Origin: Macrostomum hystrix
Lineage: Eukaryota > Animalia > Platyhelminthes
NCBI GenBank assembly: GCA_950097015.1
Contig: CATNEN010000039.1
Coordinates: forward strand, 6,076,001 to 6,140,000
Reading direction: 5' to 3'
DNA: 64,000 bases
A program made the position numbers and the translations under genes. Under the pieces are notes generated by a model. It was given only the letters and a program-made list of their open reading frames with translations. It made no database searches and was not told where the DNA came from. Positions 1-13,102 of the stretch are shown piece by piece; the first letter of the stretch is position 1; each line of letters opens with the position of its first letter.

Positions 1-227
1 TCGAATCCTTTGGGGTGAACAGGGCTAGTGTGCACTTTGCGCCCAACCTGCGAAAAGTTGGGACAGATCTTCACACCTTAAATTGATGCTCCAGTCCAGT
101 GCCCACTGCTAATATTAGTGCTACCTATTACGACTACTATAAAAGTTGGTACAATTCCATATAAAAATCTACTGAAAAAAAATATTTCTGCATTGTAAAC
201 AAAGGAACTAGAAAACTAGAATCTTAC

Positions 228-412
228 TTGTCATCTTCAGCAGCAGCAGCGCCAGATGCAGACAGACCAATGACAATGTCCAATGGCGCCAGACCAAACT
301 GCTGACAGGCTAGCTGCTTTAGGAATAGAACATTCCATGATGGCTGGGCAGCCACTGACCAAACTAGAGTTGGCTGCTCACTGGCCAGATGCACTGCCAC
401 AGTGAGTTGCAT
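228..412 (-). CDS. Probable first coding exon of a gene running off the left edge; ubiquitin-like N-terminal fold suspected
   Basis: ATG at 412 follows a ttacag/cacag acceptor-like tract. Reads MQLTVAVHLASEQPTLVWSVAAQPSWNVLFLKQLACQQFGLAP (Ubl-like 'V..LK......G.' pattern) and ends at a GTAAG donor at 227. Confidence 0.4.
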
Positions 413-838
413 GCAGAACTGTGTAACTGTAAATATAACAGTTTTAGAGCAAAAATTTGTAACTATCTAGTCCTGTTCTAAATGATTCTTAAAACCATTC
501 AAGTCCATTATTAAAATTAAACTTGCAGCTTTTTATACAAAATTATGGACCAGATTTGCATGAGAAGTCCTAAACTCTTAAAGGAACTAGTTGAACAAAA
601 CATGCACTTTATATCTGAACAGCTGCACATAAGATTTTATGTTTGTATAATACATTAGAATTTAGATCAATATTGTACACAACAGATAAACGTAATTCTT
701 TTCACTGAAAATGGCACACATTTTGTTGAATAGCTATTAATATTAAATTAGTGCTTTTCATACATATAATCAATGGACATAAATATATTAAAACTAGCAA
801 AATACTCGCAAGTCATAATTACATATAACAACCATGCA

Positions 839-992
839 CAGGGGCATAGCCAGGATTTTTTAGGGATATCGGTTTTGGTTCTATTTAGCGTATCCAGAAT
901 AAAAAACGATTAATTCATTTCTTTCGAAGAAACTGAATGCGAAAAAAATTGAGATATCAAATATCAAATATACCACCCCAACTATGCCACTG
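839..992. mobile_element. hAT-type MITE (154 bp)
   Basis: Terminal inverted repeats CAGGGGCATAG / CTATGCCACTG; flanking 8-bp TSD ACCATGCA / ACCATACA (1 mismatch). Confidence 0.7.
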
Positions 993-1619
993 ACCATACA
1001 TTTAGGTTAAGAAAGTCTATTGGTTAAAGAATACTACCCTCAAAATAATAATACGAAACAAATAATAGGTGATCTATTCAGAACAGCACAGAATTACTCA
1101 TACGAGTCATACCACACTTAGTAAATATAATGCATTTAATGTATTTGTCTAGTCATTACTTTGTTCAATTTAAGCTTTAGCTTTTATCCTTTACTTCAGA
1201 AAGCTGTCTAATGCTTTCGCCTTTGTGTCAACTTATAACATGAGGAGTGAATAGCACATCGTTGATTCGTTGGCTGCAACGCAAAAAAATTTAGCGTTTA
1301 CTTCATAAAAGTATAGTTACTAATATATTTTTGTGTTGTGTCACATCACTCTTCGCGGATAACGAATTTCTGCTACCATGGAAGTGCTTTTTAAATTTTC
1401 TAAAAAACATGTATAAGTTTTGTTTTTGTATTATATACACTATTATTTTTTTATATTTAAAAGACTACTAGGGCATTTAAAACCCAGTAAATAATTACTA
1501 GTATTGTGCCTAAATTTGTTTTATTTATATACGTAACTTCCGTGACGCAGGTTTTACAAGGACCACACTAGAAGAAGGACGGGACACTTCGTTTCTTAGA
1601 AAATTTATTAAAGGCCAGC

Positions 1620-1900
1620 ATCTCGTCCAATAGGCCGTCGATCACCGAGCCCGGAGAGGCTGAGTAGGCGGCTGGCCCTCTGCTGCCGGGTCAGACCGAA
1701 AGTGCCGAGCAGACGAGCTTTCAGTGCATCGTACTTCTCCACTGTCGGCGGTTTCTCCAGCACGTCAAGAAGCCGCTCGGCTGTCTGCTGGTCGAGCGCG
1801 GCGACGACATGGCAATACTTGGTGTTGTCATCAGTAATTTTACGCAGGGCGAACTGGGCCTCGACCTGTATGAACCACGCCCTGGGCTGGGAGCCCAAAA
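1620..1900 (-). mobile_element. Ty3/Gypsy gag fragment (DUF7041-like)
   Basis: PRAWFIQVEAQFALRKITDDNTKYCHVVAALD...KYDALKARLL...QRASRLLSLSGLGDRRP is the typical invertebrate Gypsy gag N-terminal motif; truncated at both ends. Confidence 0.8.
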
Positions 1901-2166
1901 GGTGGGCAGTTTGAGTGCGACGGCTCACTCAGTGATGATAATAACCTCAGCTACGCCTGAGTAATCAGCAATAAAGATAAACAAGCTGCAGGCACTGTTT
2001 CTGAATGCGCTAGTGTTGGTCGTCTGTGGTGAGTACTAAACCTTTCTATCCATTTAATTTAGGTTCCTGAACTGTTCGATATCGGACAATTTTTCTCGAC
2101 CTCTTCCAGTCTGTAAGCTTGTTTGATGAAATTTGCATTTTTAATTTCAAAATTTCAAAATTTCAG

Positions 2167-2582
2167 GCCTCCAACATCAACGCGGCATCCAACACCACCG
2201 TGGCATCCAACACCACCGTGGCAACCAACAAAACCAAAGCATCTAACACCACCGTGGCATCCAACACCACCGTGGCAACCAACAAAACCAAAGCATCTAA
2301 CACCACCGTGGCATCCAACACCACCGTGGCAACCAACAAAACCAAAGCATCTAACACCACCGTGGCATCCAACACCACCGTGGCAACCAACAAAACCAAA
2401 GCATCTAACACCACCGTGGCATCCAACACCACCGTGGCACCCAACAAAACCAAAGCATCCAACACCACCGTGGCATCCAACACCACCGTGGCATCCAACA
2501 CCACCGTGGCATCCAACAAAACCAAAGCACCCAACACCACCGTGGCACCCAACACAAGCAAAGCATCCAACACCAACACGGC
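2167..2582. repeat. 18-bp-based tandem repeat (GCATCCAACACCACCGTG) with 57-bp higher-order unit
   Basis: Direct inspection; translates as (ASNTTV)2-ATNKTK repeats. Confidence 0.9.
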
Positions 2583-2704
2583 CTCAAGAGTTGAGATGAA
2601 AACCAGCACTAACAGTGCTCCATTCAGCCGAATGCTTATAACAACGCCTTCTGACCTCAAAGCAGGCCGTAGACTCAGCTTTTTCTGCTTTTTCTGTTTT
2701 CCTG

Positions 2705-4240
2705 AATCTCTAATCGGTCTGTACGAGTTTGGAGATGCAGGGGGCTTATCAGATTTTGGGATCATTGTGACAACAGCTTTTTCCATGCTGTTGGGAAGAT
2801 ACCTTGTTGGAAGCATGCATTGAATAGAGAGGTGATGCGGTTTATGGCCAAGGCTTCTAGGCCATGTTTGAGGACACAGTTTGGGATTTTATCCAGGCCT
2901 GGCGCTCCATCTTCTCAGAGGTGTGCGAGTTCCCAGACAGTGTCCATGACAGTGAATTCAACTTCGAGGATGTCGTTAGGTTTGGAAGAGCTTGGCGGAA
3001 TGGGCCGAAAATGGAAAATTTTCGCAGTTTGCGTAACCTGTGCAGTGATGTTGGGGTTTGTGGAGGCCGGAGGGAATAGGCTTCATCTTGGAATCAAAAG
3101 TGCGTCAGCCAGGAGCTCGGCCTTATCCTGATCTGTGTGGACATATTGGGATCCCACAGACAGGGAGGGGATATTTGAGGCTTTTCTTTTTCTCATGAGT
3201 GATTTGGCGTCATGCCAGAAATGTTTAACTTTGTGAGTTTTGCTTTTTTCAACAATTTTGTCACAGATTTTAGTGAATTTATTGTTTTGGATATCACAAA
3301 TGTCGCGTTTGGCGTCGTTTGAAAGGATGCAAATAAATTAGCATCCTTTCTGTATTGATCACATCTAGTGGTGTGAAACAGGCGACGCAGTCTTCGGCGT
3401 TCTTTGATTTTTATTAGAATAAACGGTGGTAGTGGTTGGTTTATTGCATTTGTGATTATTTCAACTTCGGCATCAATTTCAGCCACTGGTGATTGGCTAT
3501 TTTGTACAGAAGTTTGTAGAGAGTTGTAGAAATGCTGGTGAATTTTTTTCAAAGTTTTTTTTTTTCTGGACCGGTCCAAACTCGACTGTTTGAATCAAGA
3601 ATTGTCATTGTGGGATAATAGTCATTATTTAGCATGGGCTGGTAGCGAGTCCGAGGTCTAGGACATTTCGAGAGACTGTCCCATTTTTGTGGGCAGTTCG
3701 GGTAAAGTCTCCTGGCGTGTTTAATACAATCGGTGAGTCTTCGTTTTGTGAGTCACCAATTCATATAGCTGTTTGCCTGCTTGGCTGATCTGGCCTTCTC
3801 CACCCAGGAAGTGGTGCCTCGCGTTCAAGTCTCCAAGAAGCAGTGAGCGTCTGCTTGTTGACATCAGGCTTGAGAGCAGAGAGGTGATCGGGTTTAGGTG
3901 ATCGATAAACCAGATGAATGTTGAAAGCTGGTGAGGAACCATCCGATGATTCAACGAGTCCAGATATGATTTCATGGGAGTTTTAATAAAGAAACTTGAC
4001 ATTTACTCGAGGAGAATGTGCCATGAGAAGACCTCTTTTAGCTTGATCGCTTGATAGCTTTTAGGTTGATCAAATCTCATGATGGAGTAACATGGGATTC
4101 GGGTTAGATGCGAGATTTTTAGAAGGGTCTCTGAGAAGAGTGTGATGTCAAATGTTTCCTCAGCTAACCACTGTTTAATTTCTCTGATTTTGGGCGTAAA
4201 ACCTCTGCAGTTCAGGTGGACAATTTTGAGACTATTGCCT
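2705..4240 (-). mobile_element. Degenerate non-LTR retrotransposon ORF2 (APE endonuclease to RT domain 0/1), Jockey/I-like
   Basis: Motifs LKIVHLNCRG...DITLFSET (about 4230-4130), LLLGDLNARH, APGLDKIPN and AVVTMIPKSDKPPASPNSYRPI, with frameshifts and stops. Confidence 0.85.
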
Positions 4241-4684
4241 GGACACGAATCAAAGTTTGAGTTTGAGTTTTGATTTGGGTTTAGATTCAGGTGAGGGTTT
4301 TAACCCATATTTGTCCGAAGTTTAGAATATGATTTTACGAGATCGTAGATCACTATAAGCGCTATTTTGGAGGCTGGCAAAAAAGTATTGAAAATTAACG
4401 TTTGAAAGTTGGCCAGTTTGCAATTTTTCGATATAATTTTCTATTCAGTTGAAGAAGGCGAAGAAGGATCCAAATATGAGCTATTACTAGCGTATGAGCA
4501 ACATATATTCAAAGCTGTATGACCAGAAAACAAGTGTGACTAAATTTTTAAGTTCATTATTTAATACGGACTGTTTTCACTACGGTGTACAACATAAAGG
4601 GTTCTTTGTAGCTCCTTAACATTTATATCACGAAGTGTTTCGACATTGTTTAGTAAAAGCGACATCCAGCAGTGTCTGCACGGC

Positions 4685-5875
4685 TCAGAAATCGAGCCCT
4701 TGTGACATCTTGACGTAGTTGCTTCCATTCCCATTGACTTGCTCGAACCGGAGCATCCTCCGCTTGACGGATCTCTGAGAAGACAGCGGCCACTTGTCGG
4801 CTTCAAAGGCTTTCATCTGCAATGCCCGCTGAGTGCGTCTGTGGTTGAATCGGCGCAAAGTCGCAGGATTAGGAGCCTCTTTCACCTGCACCCATCTAGG
4901 CAGAAGCAGCCGCAGCAAGCCCTGGCGGAAGTGCTTATTGAACCAGGCGTACAGTATCGGGTTGCAGGCACTATTGAGGTAGCCCAGCATTGTTGAGCCA
5001 TGCGACGTGATCCACATGACACGAGGAGTGAGGGCGCCGGCGAGGCCCAGGGTGACATGCAGCCAGTGCGGCAGTGTGCAGACCGTGTACAGCAGGATCA
5101 CGGCTGCCACCATGCGGGTGACGCAGCCGAAGCGCCTCTGAACCACCTGGCCTCCAGCGTTTGTTTTCCTAGACTGGCTGAGCAGCTTTCGAATGAGAAG
5201 GCCGTAGAAGAATCCCAGTAGCAGCAATGGCACCGCGAATCCGACGACAAAGGCGCAGGCTGAAAATACCTTTGGGTCCTGGACGATGCTTTTGAGAACG
5301 CTAGCGAAAGTGGCTGGTCCACTGCCCTGGGGCTGGTTGAAATGCCCGCAGTTGTACAATATCTTCACAGTGGGTTTATTCGTTCCATTTGTCGTGTTGT
5401 TAGCTGAGCCGATGGTGACAATGGTGGGGGTGACGATGGCGTGAACGCCAATCGGCAGAACAATGAGACTGCTCAGGAGCCACAGGAGCACCAGGAGACA
5501 CCAGGCGAATCGACGACCGCGAAAAAATCCGAACCGGTTTGGCAGGACAATCGCCACAAAGCGGTCAAAGCCCATGGCGGTGATGATGAAGATGCTGGCT
5601 GTCCAGTTTGTGTAGTGAATCATGTACTTGATCTTGCAGCAGACTGCGCCAAACACCCAGCTGTTCACCACTGCCATATGAATCAGCGGCGGAATCGACA
5701 TTAGGTGCAGCACGTCCGCCACTGCCAGGTGCGTCAAGTAGATCTTTATTACTTTGTGAGCTGTGCGGTGGCTCACTGCACTGGCGAGAACCACCAGATT
5801 TGCAAGCATTCCAAAGACGAATATGATGCCATGCAGTATGTGAAAGCTGGTGAGAATGAGTCTGAACCAGGACAT
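4685..5875 (-). CDS. Class A (rhodopsin-like) peptide GPCR, somatostatin/allatostatin/galanin-receptor-like
   Basis: Seven hydrophobic segments with GMLAN (TM1), LAVAD (TM2), W.FG...C, DRF, CTLP and NPILY. First ATG is at 5875; the frame stays open to about 5980, so an upstream exon is possible. Confidence 0.92.
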   Translation of the reverse strand: MSWFRLILTSFHILHGIIFVFGMLANLVVLASAVSHRTAHKVIKIYLTHLAVADVLHLMSIPPLIHMAVVNSWVFGAVCCKIKYMIHYTNWTASIFIITAMGFDRFVAIVLPNRFGFFRGRRFAWCLLVLLWLLSSLIVLPIGVHAIVTPTIVTIGSANNTTNGTNKPTVKILYNCGHFNQPQGSGPATFASVLKSIVQDPKVFSACAFVVGFAVPLLLLGFFYGLLIRKLLSQSRKTNAGGQVVQRRFGCVTRMVAAVILLYTVCTLPHWLHVTLGLAGALTPRVMWITSHGSTMLGYLNSACNPILYAWFNKHFRQGLLRLLLPRWVQVKEAPNPATLRRFNHRRTQRALQMKAFEADKWPLSSQRSVKRRMLRFEQVNGNGSNYVKMSQGLDF

Positions 5876-6614
5876 TTCACCCAAGGTTGTCGGAACACTG
5901 CTGGACCGGAGCTGAGTTGTGGAATATTCCCTGCTTTTATCTGCAGCGATTGCCAGTGCGCCACCTGTGCGCGCCTTTATTTAGATTTGCAGCCGGTTAC
6001 CTAAAAATTGGCTTCTAGCAGATCTGCTCCTGTGCGTGCTTAATTCTAACTGGGTCCGCAATTGAAGAATGCTTCAATCGCCAGGAATTCAATGGCTGAG
6101 GGAAAATAATTACTCGCCTTTTTGGCGCACCTGCTCACAAAGCGCGCGCAGTCGGGCTTGAGGAGAGGAAAATTGATGGAGAAAAAGATGAAAGGCGAAG
6201 GTATCAGCCTCTGTATCCATGAGACTGCGGCACGCATTCATGTCCCAGAGAGGCTTCAGTTGGATACAGTTCGGGTTCGGAAGAACTCAACAGTTATTTT
6301 TTTATAAGTTCAGCGTGACACTTATTGAGATACTTACCATGACCTTCATGCGACTGCGTGTACACTTCGCCGCCAGCCGTCCCTGAGCCAAAATGTCCCT
6401 CAGGACAACCTAGGAGACAGAAGTCCAAGGAGCTCTCGAAGTCGCCTGACTCTGTAGAGGGGCGAGGTCCGAAGAGCAAGGCGCCGCGCTCCCTGCCCCA
6501 ACCGGATGGCCCTCCAAAAAAATCGGCGCCCCCCTTAGCAGCCCCGATCCCAAGCAGCCCCAGCCCCGATCTCAAATCTGTCGTAGCCTACAAAAATTGT
6601 CATAGCGGCCGCGC

Positions 6615-8140
6615 AAATCCATCGTAGGCCCTCAAATCCATCCTAGACCCTCAAATCCATCGTAGACCCTCAAATCCATCCTAGACCCTCAAATCCATCG
6701 TAGACCCTCAAATCCATCGTAGGCCCTCAAATCCATCCTAGACCCTCAAATCCATCGTAGACCCTCAAATCCATCTTAGACCCTCAAATCCATCTTAGAC
6801 CCTCAAATCCATCTTAGACCCTCAAATCCATCGTAGGTCATCAAATCCATGGTAGGCCTCTAAATCCATCTTAGACCCTCAAATCCATCGTAGGTCATCA
6901 AATCCATGGTAGGCCTCTACATCCATGGTAGGCCTCTAAATCCATGGTAGGCCTCTAAATCCATCTTAGACCCTCAAATCCATCGTAGGCTTTCAAATCC
7001 ATCGTAGGCCCTCAAATCCATCCTAGACCCTCAAATCCATCGTAGACCCTCAAATCCATCCTAGACCCTCAAATCCATCGTAGACCCTCAAATCCATCGT
7101 AGGCCCTCAAATCCATCCTAGACCCTCAAATCCATCGTAGACCCTCAAATCCATCTTAGACCCTCAAATCCATCTTAGACCCTCAAATCCATCTTAGACC
7201 CTCAAATCCATCGTAGGTCATCAAATCCATGGTAGGCCTCTAAATCCATCTTAGACCCTCAAATCCATCGTAGGTCATCAAATCCATGGTAGGCCTCTAC
7301 ATCCATGGTAGGCCTCTAAATCCATGGTAGGCCTCTAAATCCATCTTAGACCCTCAAATCCATCGTAGGCTTTCAAATCCATCGTAGGCCCTCAAATCCA
7401 TCTTAGACCCTCAAATCCATCGTAGACCCTCAAATCCATCGTAGGCCCTCAAATCCATCGTAGACCCTCAAATCCATCGTAGACCCTCAAATCCATCGTA
7501 GGCTTTCAAATCCATCGTAGGCCCTCAAATCCATCGTAGACCCTCAAATCCATCGTAGGCCTCTATAAATCCATCTTAGACCCTCAAATCCATCGTAGAC
7601 CCTCAAATCCATCGTAGGCCCTCAAATCCATCGTAGACCCTCAAATCCATCGTAGATCCTCAAATCCATCGTAGGCCCTCAAATCCATCGTAGGCCCTCA
7701 AATCCATCGTAGACCCTCAAATCCATCGTAGACCCTCAAATCCATCATCGACCCTCAAATCCATCGTAGACCCTCAAATCCATCGTAGACCCTCAAATCC
7801 ATCGTAGACCCTCAAATCCATCGTAGGCCTCTAGATCCATCGTTGGGCTCTAAATCCATCGTGGGCCTCTATAAATCCATCTTAGACCCTCAAATCCATC
7901 GTAGGCCCTCAAATCCATCGTAGACCCTCAAATCCATCGTAGGCCTTTAGATCCATCGTTGGGCTCTAAATCCATCGTAGGCCTCTAAATCCATCGTTCA
8001 GCGGAAGAGCCCCCCCCAGGGCTGACCCGCGGGTCATTTGACCAAATCGTTTAACAACAAATCCATCGTTGGGCTCTAAATCCATCGTAGGCCTCTAAAA
8101 ATCCATCTTAGACCCTCAAATCCATCGTAGGCCCTCAAAA
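6615..8140. repeat. 19-bp minisatellite (CCCTCAAATCCATCGTAGA) with a 380-bp internal duplication
   Basis: Direct inspection; the variant pattern at 6661 recurs at 7041. Confidence 0.97.
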
Positions 8141-8671
8141 CCGACTTTTAGGCTGTTTCACACTTCTTATCAAGCGAGGCCAAAACCCAAGTGTACATAT
8201 CTATTTAATGACCATTCATCTGAACATCAGATAAATGTACACAAGAAACAAGTCCATCAGAATGACGTTTATTTAGTTCGACGTCTGTCTGAACATCTGG
8301 CAAATAAGTCTCGTTGTTTCGTCGAGTGCGTTTGTATTCGTTTGTATTAAAAAAAAGAAGTACTAATATTTAAACCCGTTTTTCAATAAATTTAAATTCC
8401 GAGACGGAAGTTAGACGAAAATTCATTATCCGTTTTCACTATGCCGCTGTAGTTTCTGTCAGTCTCGAGAGAATACCGTAGATATCTTTTGGTTTGAACT
8501 ACTCATCAGCATTCAGGGCAGACTAAACGAACAACGTTTTTAATCAGGACGCTTTGATTCAAGCAAAATAAAAAATCCAAAATTGATTGCTTGAAAAAGA
8601 AATTGACATTCAGATGGCGGGGTGCTGCTGAGATTTGAATTTCCTGTCCGTGACTTCAGCCAGCTCCGAAC

Positions 8672-8945
8672 AGGGGGTTGTAACCTAGTGGTCAGAGCGC
8701 CGGACTCGCGACTTGAAGGTTGGAGGTTCGATTCCTGACTACACTGGACCAATTCTTTGTGAGGATCTTAGCTAGCTAAGACAGTTAGCAATACATTGCT
8801 TCAGTTCGCAGCCTGTACGCAGCTGTACATCTGTACGCAGCTGTACATCTGTACGCAGCCTTTAGATTTGCCATGCAATAGTTGCGACTGTGCTGTCGGC
8901 TGCACATCTGGCACAGTAGGGGCAAGTGTAAAAAAACTATTTTTT
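8672..8945 (+). mobile_element. tRNA-derived SINE, family 1
   Basis: A box TAACCTAGTGG and B box GGTTCGATTCC in a tRNA-like head. The 3' half (CTGTGCTGTCGGCTGCACATCTGGC...GGGGCA) matches the minus-strand copy at 32000-32200. Confidence 0.8.
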
Positions 8946-9789
8946 ATGGGGCATTTAGATGAAGTCTTTTACCGGTCGCCTTTACGAGTGAGCATACAAT
9001 GTCCACTAGCAATCAGGCGCTGGAAACAGCTTTCAAGCCCCGTACTGATTCGGCTTTGAATTTCAAACAAGCTGCTTTGGCCCTGTTCTCATGTTCTCAC
9101 TAATTTAACTCTTCGCTGCCTCATGTCTCAACAGCCTAAAAGTATAGGAACAGCTAGCGTTTATGGCGATCAGTGAAGCATGCTATTTTGCCTGTACAGC
9201 TTGCAATGCGCGATTGTAAACTGCAGCCTCATGCAGAGCCTGCAAGAGAGTGGCGCACGCCCTACAAACTCAACAGGCGAGGTACGAAGTGAGGTAGCAA
9301 AGGTCAGGGAAAGCAGGCAACTTGGCCTAGTCTTCAAGCCATCCGCTTGGAGTTGTGTGCAGAAAAAAGTCACTCTCTCCTATATTTTCAAAGAAAACTC
9401 TTTAACCCAGTGTTAAATATTAGAGAGCCATGTATAATCGCTTTGCTACATAAACTAGAGGAAGGTATTGAAATAGCATTGTAAAAATAGTCACTTTGCA
9501 TTGACCAATCAGAATGGAGTCTGGAACTATGCGGACCGCATGACTAACGTTATAGCTTAAAATCTGACTTCAATTTTTTACTTAAAATGCAACAAATTTT
9601 GGCAGCTTTGAGTTCTAAAGCAACAGAAAAAATCCATGGCTCAGTGATCGCACCGTTAAATTTACATTCTCAAAAAGCAGGTACGTATAACCATGCTGCA
9701 ATTCTGATGGTCTTTTCATTTTAAGTCGCATGCAAACAAACTTAACTAGCCTGGCGTGTTTGGCTTGCCAACTGAACGGCACACCTTTT

Positions 9790-10610
9790 GCCAGGTGAAC
9801 GAATGATGCCAGGTGAATGATACCGGGTGTATGATGCCAGGTGAATGATACCAGGTGTATGATACCAGGTGAATGATGCCAGGTGAATGATGCCAGGCGA
9901 ATGATGCCAGGTGAATGATGCCAGGCGAATGATGCCAGGTGAATGATACCAGGTGAATGATGCCAGGCGAATGATGCCAGGTGAATGATACCAGGTGAAT
10001 GATGCCAGGTGAATGATGCCAGGCGAATGATGCCAGGTGAATGATACCAGGTGAATGATGCCAGGTGAATGATACCAGGTGAATGATGCCAGGCGAATGA
10101 TGCCAGGTGAATGATACCAGGTGAATGATGCCAGGTGAATGATACCAGGTGAATGATGCCAGGTGAATGATGCCAGGTGAATGATACCAGGTGAATGATG
10201 CCAGGTGAATGATGCCAGGTGAATGATACCAGGTGAATGATGCCAGGTGAATGATACCAGGTGAATGATACCAGGTGTATGATGCCAGGTGAATGATACC
10301 AGGTGAATGATACCAGGTGAATGATGCCAGGTGAATGATACCAGGTGAATGATGCCAGGTGAATGATACCAGGTGTATGATACCAGGTGTATGATGCCAG
10401 GTGAATGATGCCAGGCGAATGATGCCAGGTGTATGATGCCAGGTGAATGATGCCAGGTGAATGATGCCAGGTGAATGATGCCAGGTGTATGATGCCAGGT
10501 GAATGATGCCAGGTGAATGATACCAGGTGTATGATGCCAGGTGTATGATGCCAGGTGAATGATGCCAGGTGTATGATGTCAGGTGAATGATGCCAGGTGA
10601 ATGATACCAG
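9790..10610. repeat. 14-bp minisatellite (GCCAGGTGAATGAT)
   Basis: Direct inspection; ends about 36 nt before the TRIM-NHL ATG. Confidence 0.97.
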
Positions 10611-10646
10611 TCAATAAAAAAAACCTAGAAATCTAGACAACATCTG

Positions 10647-13102
10647 ATGGAGAACGACGATGACGACCTGACAAGCTTGCCAAGCTTCTGCGAGGAGACT
10701 AGCAGTCAGCTCGGTTCCGGCGGTGAGGACGCGGCCTCCTCGCAAGCCAGCGCTGCAGCCGCAGCTGAAGCCGCTGATGCGGACGCGGCCGCGATCGCCG
10801 AGTGCCGCGCCGCCGTGGCCGACTCGTTAGCGGCACTGCGCGACCGGCGCGAATCGCTGGACCGAATCCGGGCCACGGCCGAGGTTCAACGCCGCGAGGT
10901 GCGCGATCAGGTCGAGCGCAGCTTCCAGATGATCGAGCGGGTTCTGCGCACCAGGAAGGCACACCTGGGCGAGACACTCGAAGACCTGCTCACGCAGCGA
11001 ACTGACACAGCGCTGAAGGAGGCAGCCCAGATAGCCGGCTTTGAAGAGGAGATGACATCCGCCCTGAAGCGACTGGACGGCATGAACGGCCGATTGGACC
11101 CGCAGACCGGACGGGCGGAGCTGCGGGGCTACGCCAAGCTGGCGAGGAACCGGCCAAAGACACACCCCAGCGAAGACGACGCCCTGTCCTACTATCCGAC
11201 CGACCTGGATCAGGTGCGATTGTCCATACCTCCACGATTGATTAAATAAAACGTTTATGCATGCAATTCGAGTCCGTAAAAGTATATGCACGACGACAGT
11301 GGACACGTTATTTTGTGTTCTCTCTGTCCTGACTTTTTGCACACGTACTGACCACTCAGCCACTCACATCTTCCAATAACTGCCAAGGTGTTCAGCCACA
11401 TCCACCGCGCCGGTCTCATCGCTTTGGGCAGCGTGCAGGCTTCAAACTCTACTTTGGAGCATGAGCAAGAGCTGCGCTCCTGTTCTATACGGGAGGAGCA
11501 TCAGGTGACGGTGGTGCCACGCGACTCTCGCAATCGCAAAGTCGACCCCAGCGTGCTCGGCCACATCAACTGCGTGGCCAGCCTCTCTTCGCCTTTTGAA
11601 AAGTCACACTTTGTGGCCGTCATGCAGGACAGCAATACGGTGAAGGTGCGCTTCCAATTGGAGGAGGAGGGTACCTTTGAGCTCAGCGTGAAAATGCTCG
11701 GTGAGCACATCCGAGGCTCGCCATTCACCGTTAGGGCGGTGAATCGACAGGACAGTGGCGGGGGCGGCAGCGGGCACTACTCAAACACCACCGGTGCGTC
11801 TGCGCGACGTCGGAGCTCGCTTCGACCTGGCGGCGGAGGCAGCAACACTGCCAGCGCCACGGGACGCCTTCTGACGCCTTCAATAAGTGTCAGCGGTGGC
11901 GCCGGCCCCAGCGGAAGCGGCGTTGGCGGCAGTTCGGCGTCCACAGGTTCAAGACTGGGCGCCGCTAACCGTCGACCATCTAGTCGGATGTCGCGGCAGA
12001 GCCTCCAGGTAACACTTTGTTTTCCGAGTTTTGTGCGTGAACGTAAGTCACTGATGTTCGAGAACTAACTCGACTGTTTCATCCATGCGACACGCAGGTG
12101 GAAGATGACCTGGTGCAAAAAGTTGGCGGTCGAGGACGCGGTCATGGCGAGTTCAACAATCCGCAGGGCGTGTGCGTCACCCGCGAAGGCCGCATCGTGG
12201 TGGCCGACTCGAACAACGCCAACGTGCAGGTGTTCAGCCCGGGTGGAGAATTTCTCGCCCGCTTCGGCCTACGCGGACGCGATCCCGGCCAGGTGCAGCG
12301 ACCGATTGGCGTAGCAGAGACGGCCACAGGTAGCTACTTGGTAAGCGACTATGACAGCCGCTGCATTCACGTCTTCAGTCCAGACGGCAAGTACTTGTCA
12401 AAGTTCGGTGGCAACAGACTGTCGGGTCCCAAGGGCATTGCTGTGCTGTCTGACGGGCGCATTGCTGTGGTGGACAACAAAGCGTGCTGCGTGCTGCTGT
12501 TCAAGCACACGGGCAAGCTGGTGCAGAAGTTTGGCAGCAGAGGCACTGGCGACTCGCAGTTTGCCGGGCCCCATTATGTCACCGTCAACTCCAAGGACCA
12601 GATGGTGGTGTCGGACTTCCATAATCACTGCGTGAAGGTCTTCGACAGCCAAGGTGGCTTCCAGTTCTGCATCGGCTGCGCGGGCAGCGAGGCCGGCCGT
12701 TTCAACGCGCCTACTGGTGTCGCTGTCGACCAGCGGGATAACATCCTGGTCGCTGACTGGGGCAGCTCGTCGTTGCAGGTGACGCCAGATGAAGCCAGTG
12801 GGGTCATTATGCATAGAGTAAGGAGTAGTGAAGAAGAAACTGTACTTAAGAGTGTGGAATGGAGTAGTGGGAATGGAGGATTGAACAGAAGAATAATCCA
12901 AACACTAAAACCGACACAACCCCTTCATTGATTTCTGCAGGTGTTCAGCAGCGATGGCAGTTTTCTGGCCACCGTGAACTCAGCGGGTGACCAGCTTTAC
13001 GGGCCGCAGGGTCTGGCGTACTCGGCCAAGCTCAACCAGCTGGTTGTGGTTGACACTGGCAATCACTGCTTTAAAGTGTACAAGAGCCCGATTTCGCAGT
13101 GA
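10647..13102 (+). CDS. TRIM-NHL family protein (TRIM2/3-like: coiled coil, filamin repeat, NHL beta-propeller), about 676 aa
   Basis: Exons 10647-11213, 11388-12008, 12098-12778 and 12941-13102, all GT-AG and in frame. Filamin motif [11 protein letters not shown]; NHL repeats [34 protein letters not shown]. Confidence 0.88.

Noticed and set aside
8672-8751. tRNA gene (CGC anticodon-like loop, ends ACCA)
   Set aside because: Acceptor and anticodon stems pair poorly, and the sequence continues into a dispersed repeat body, so it is a SINE head.
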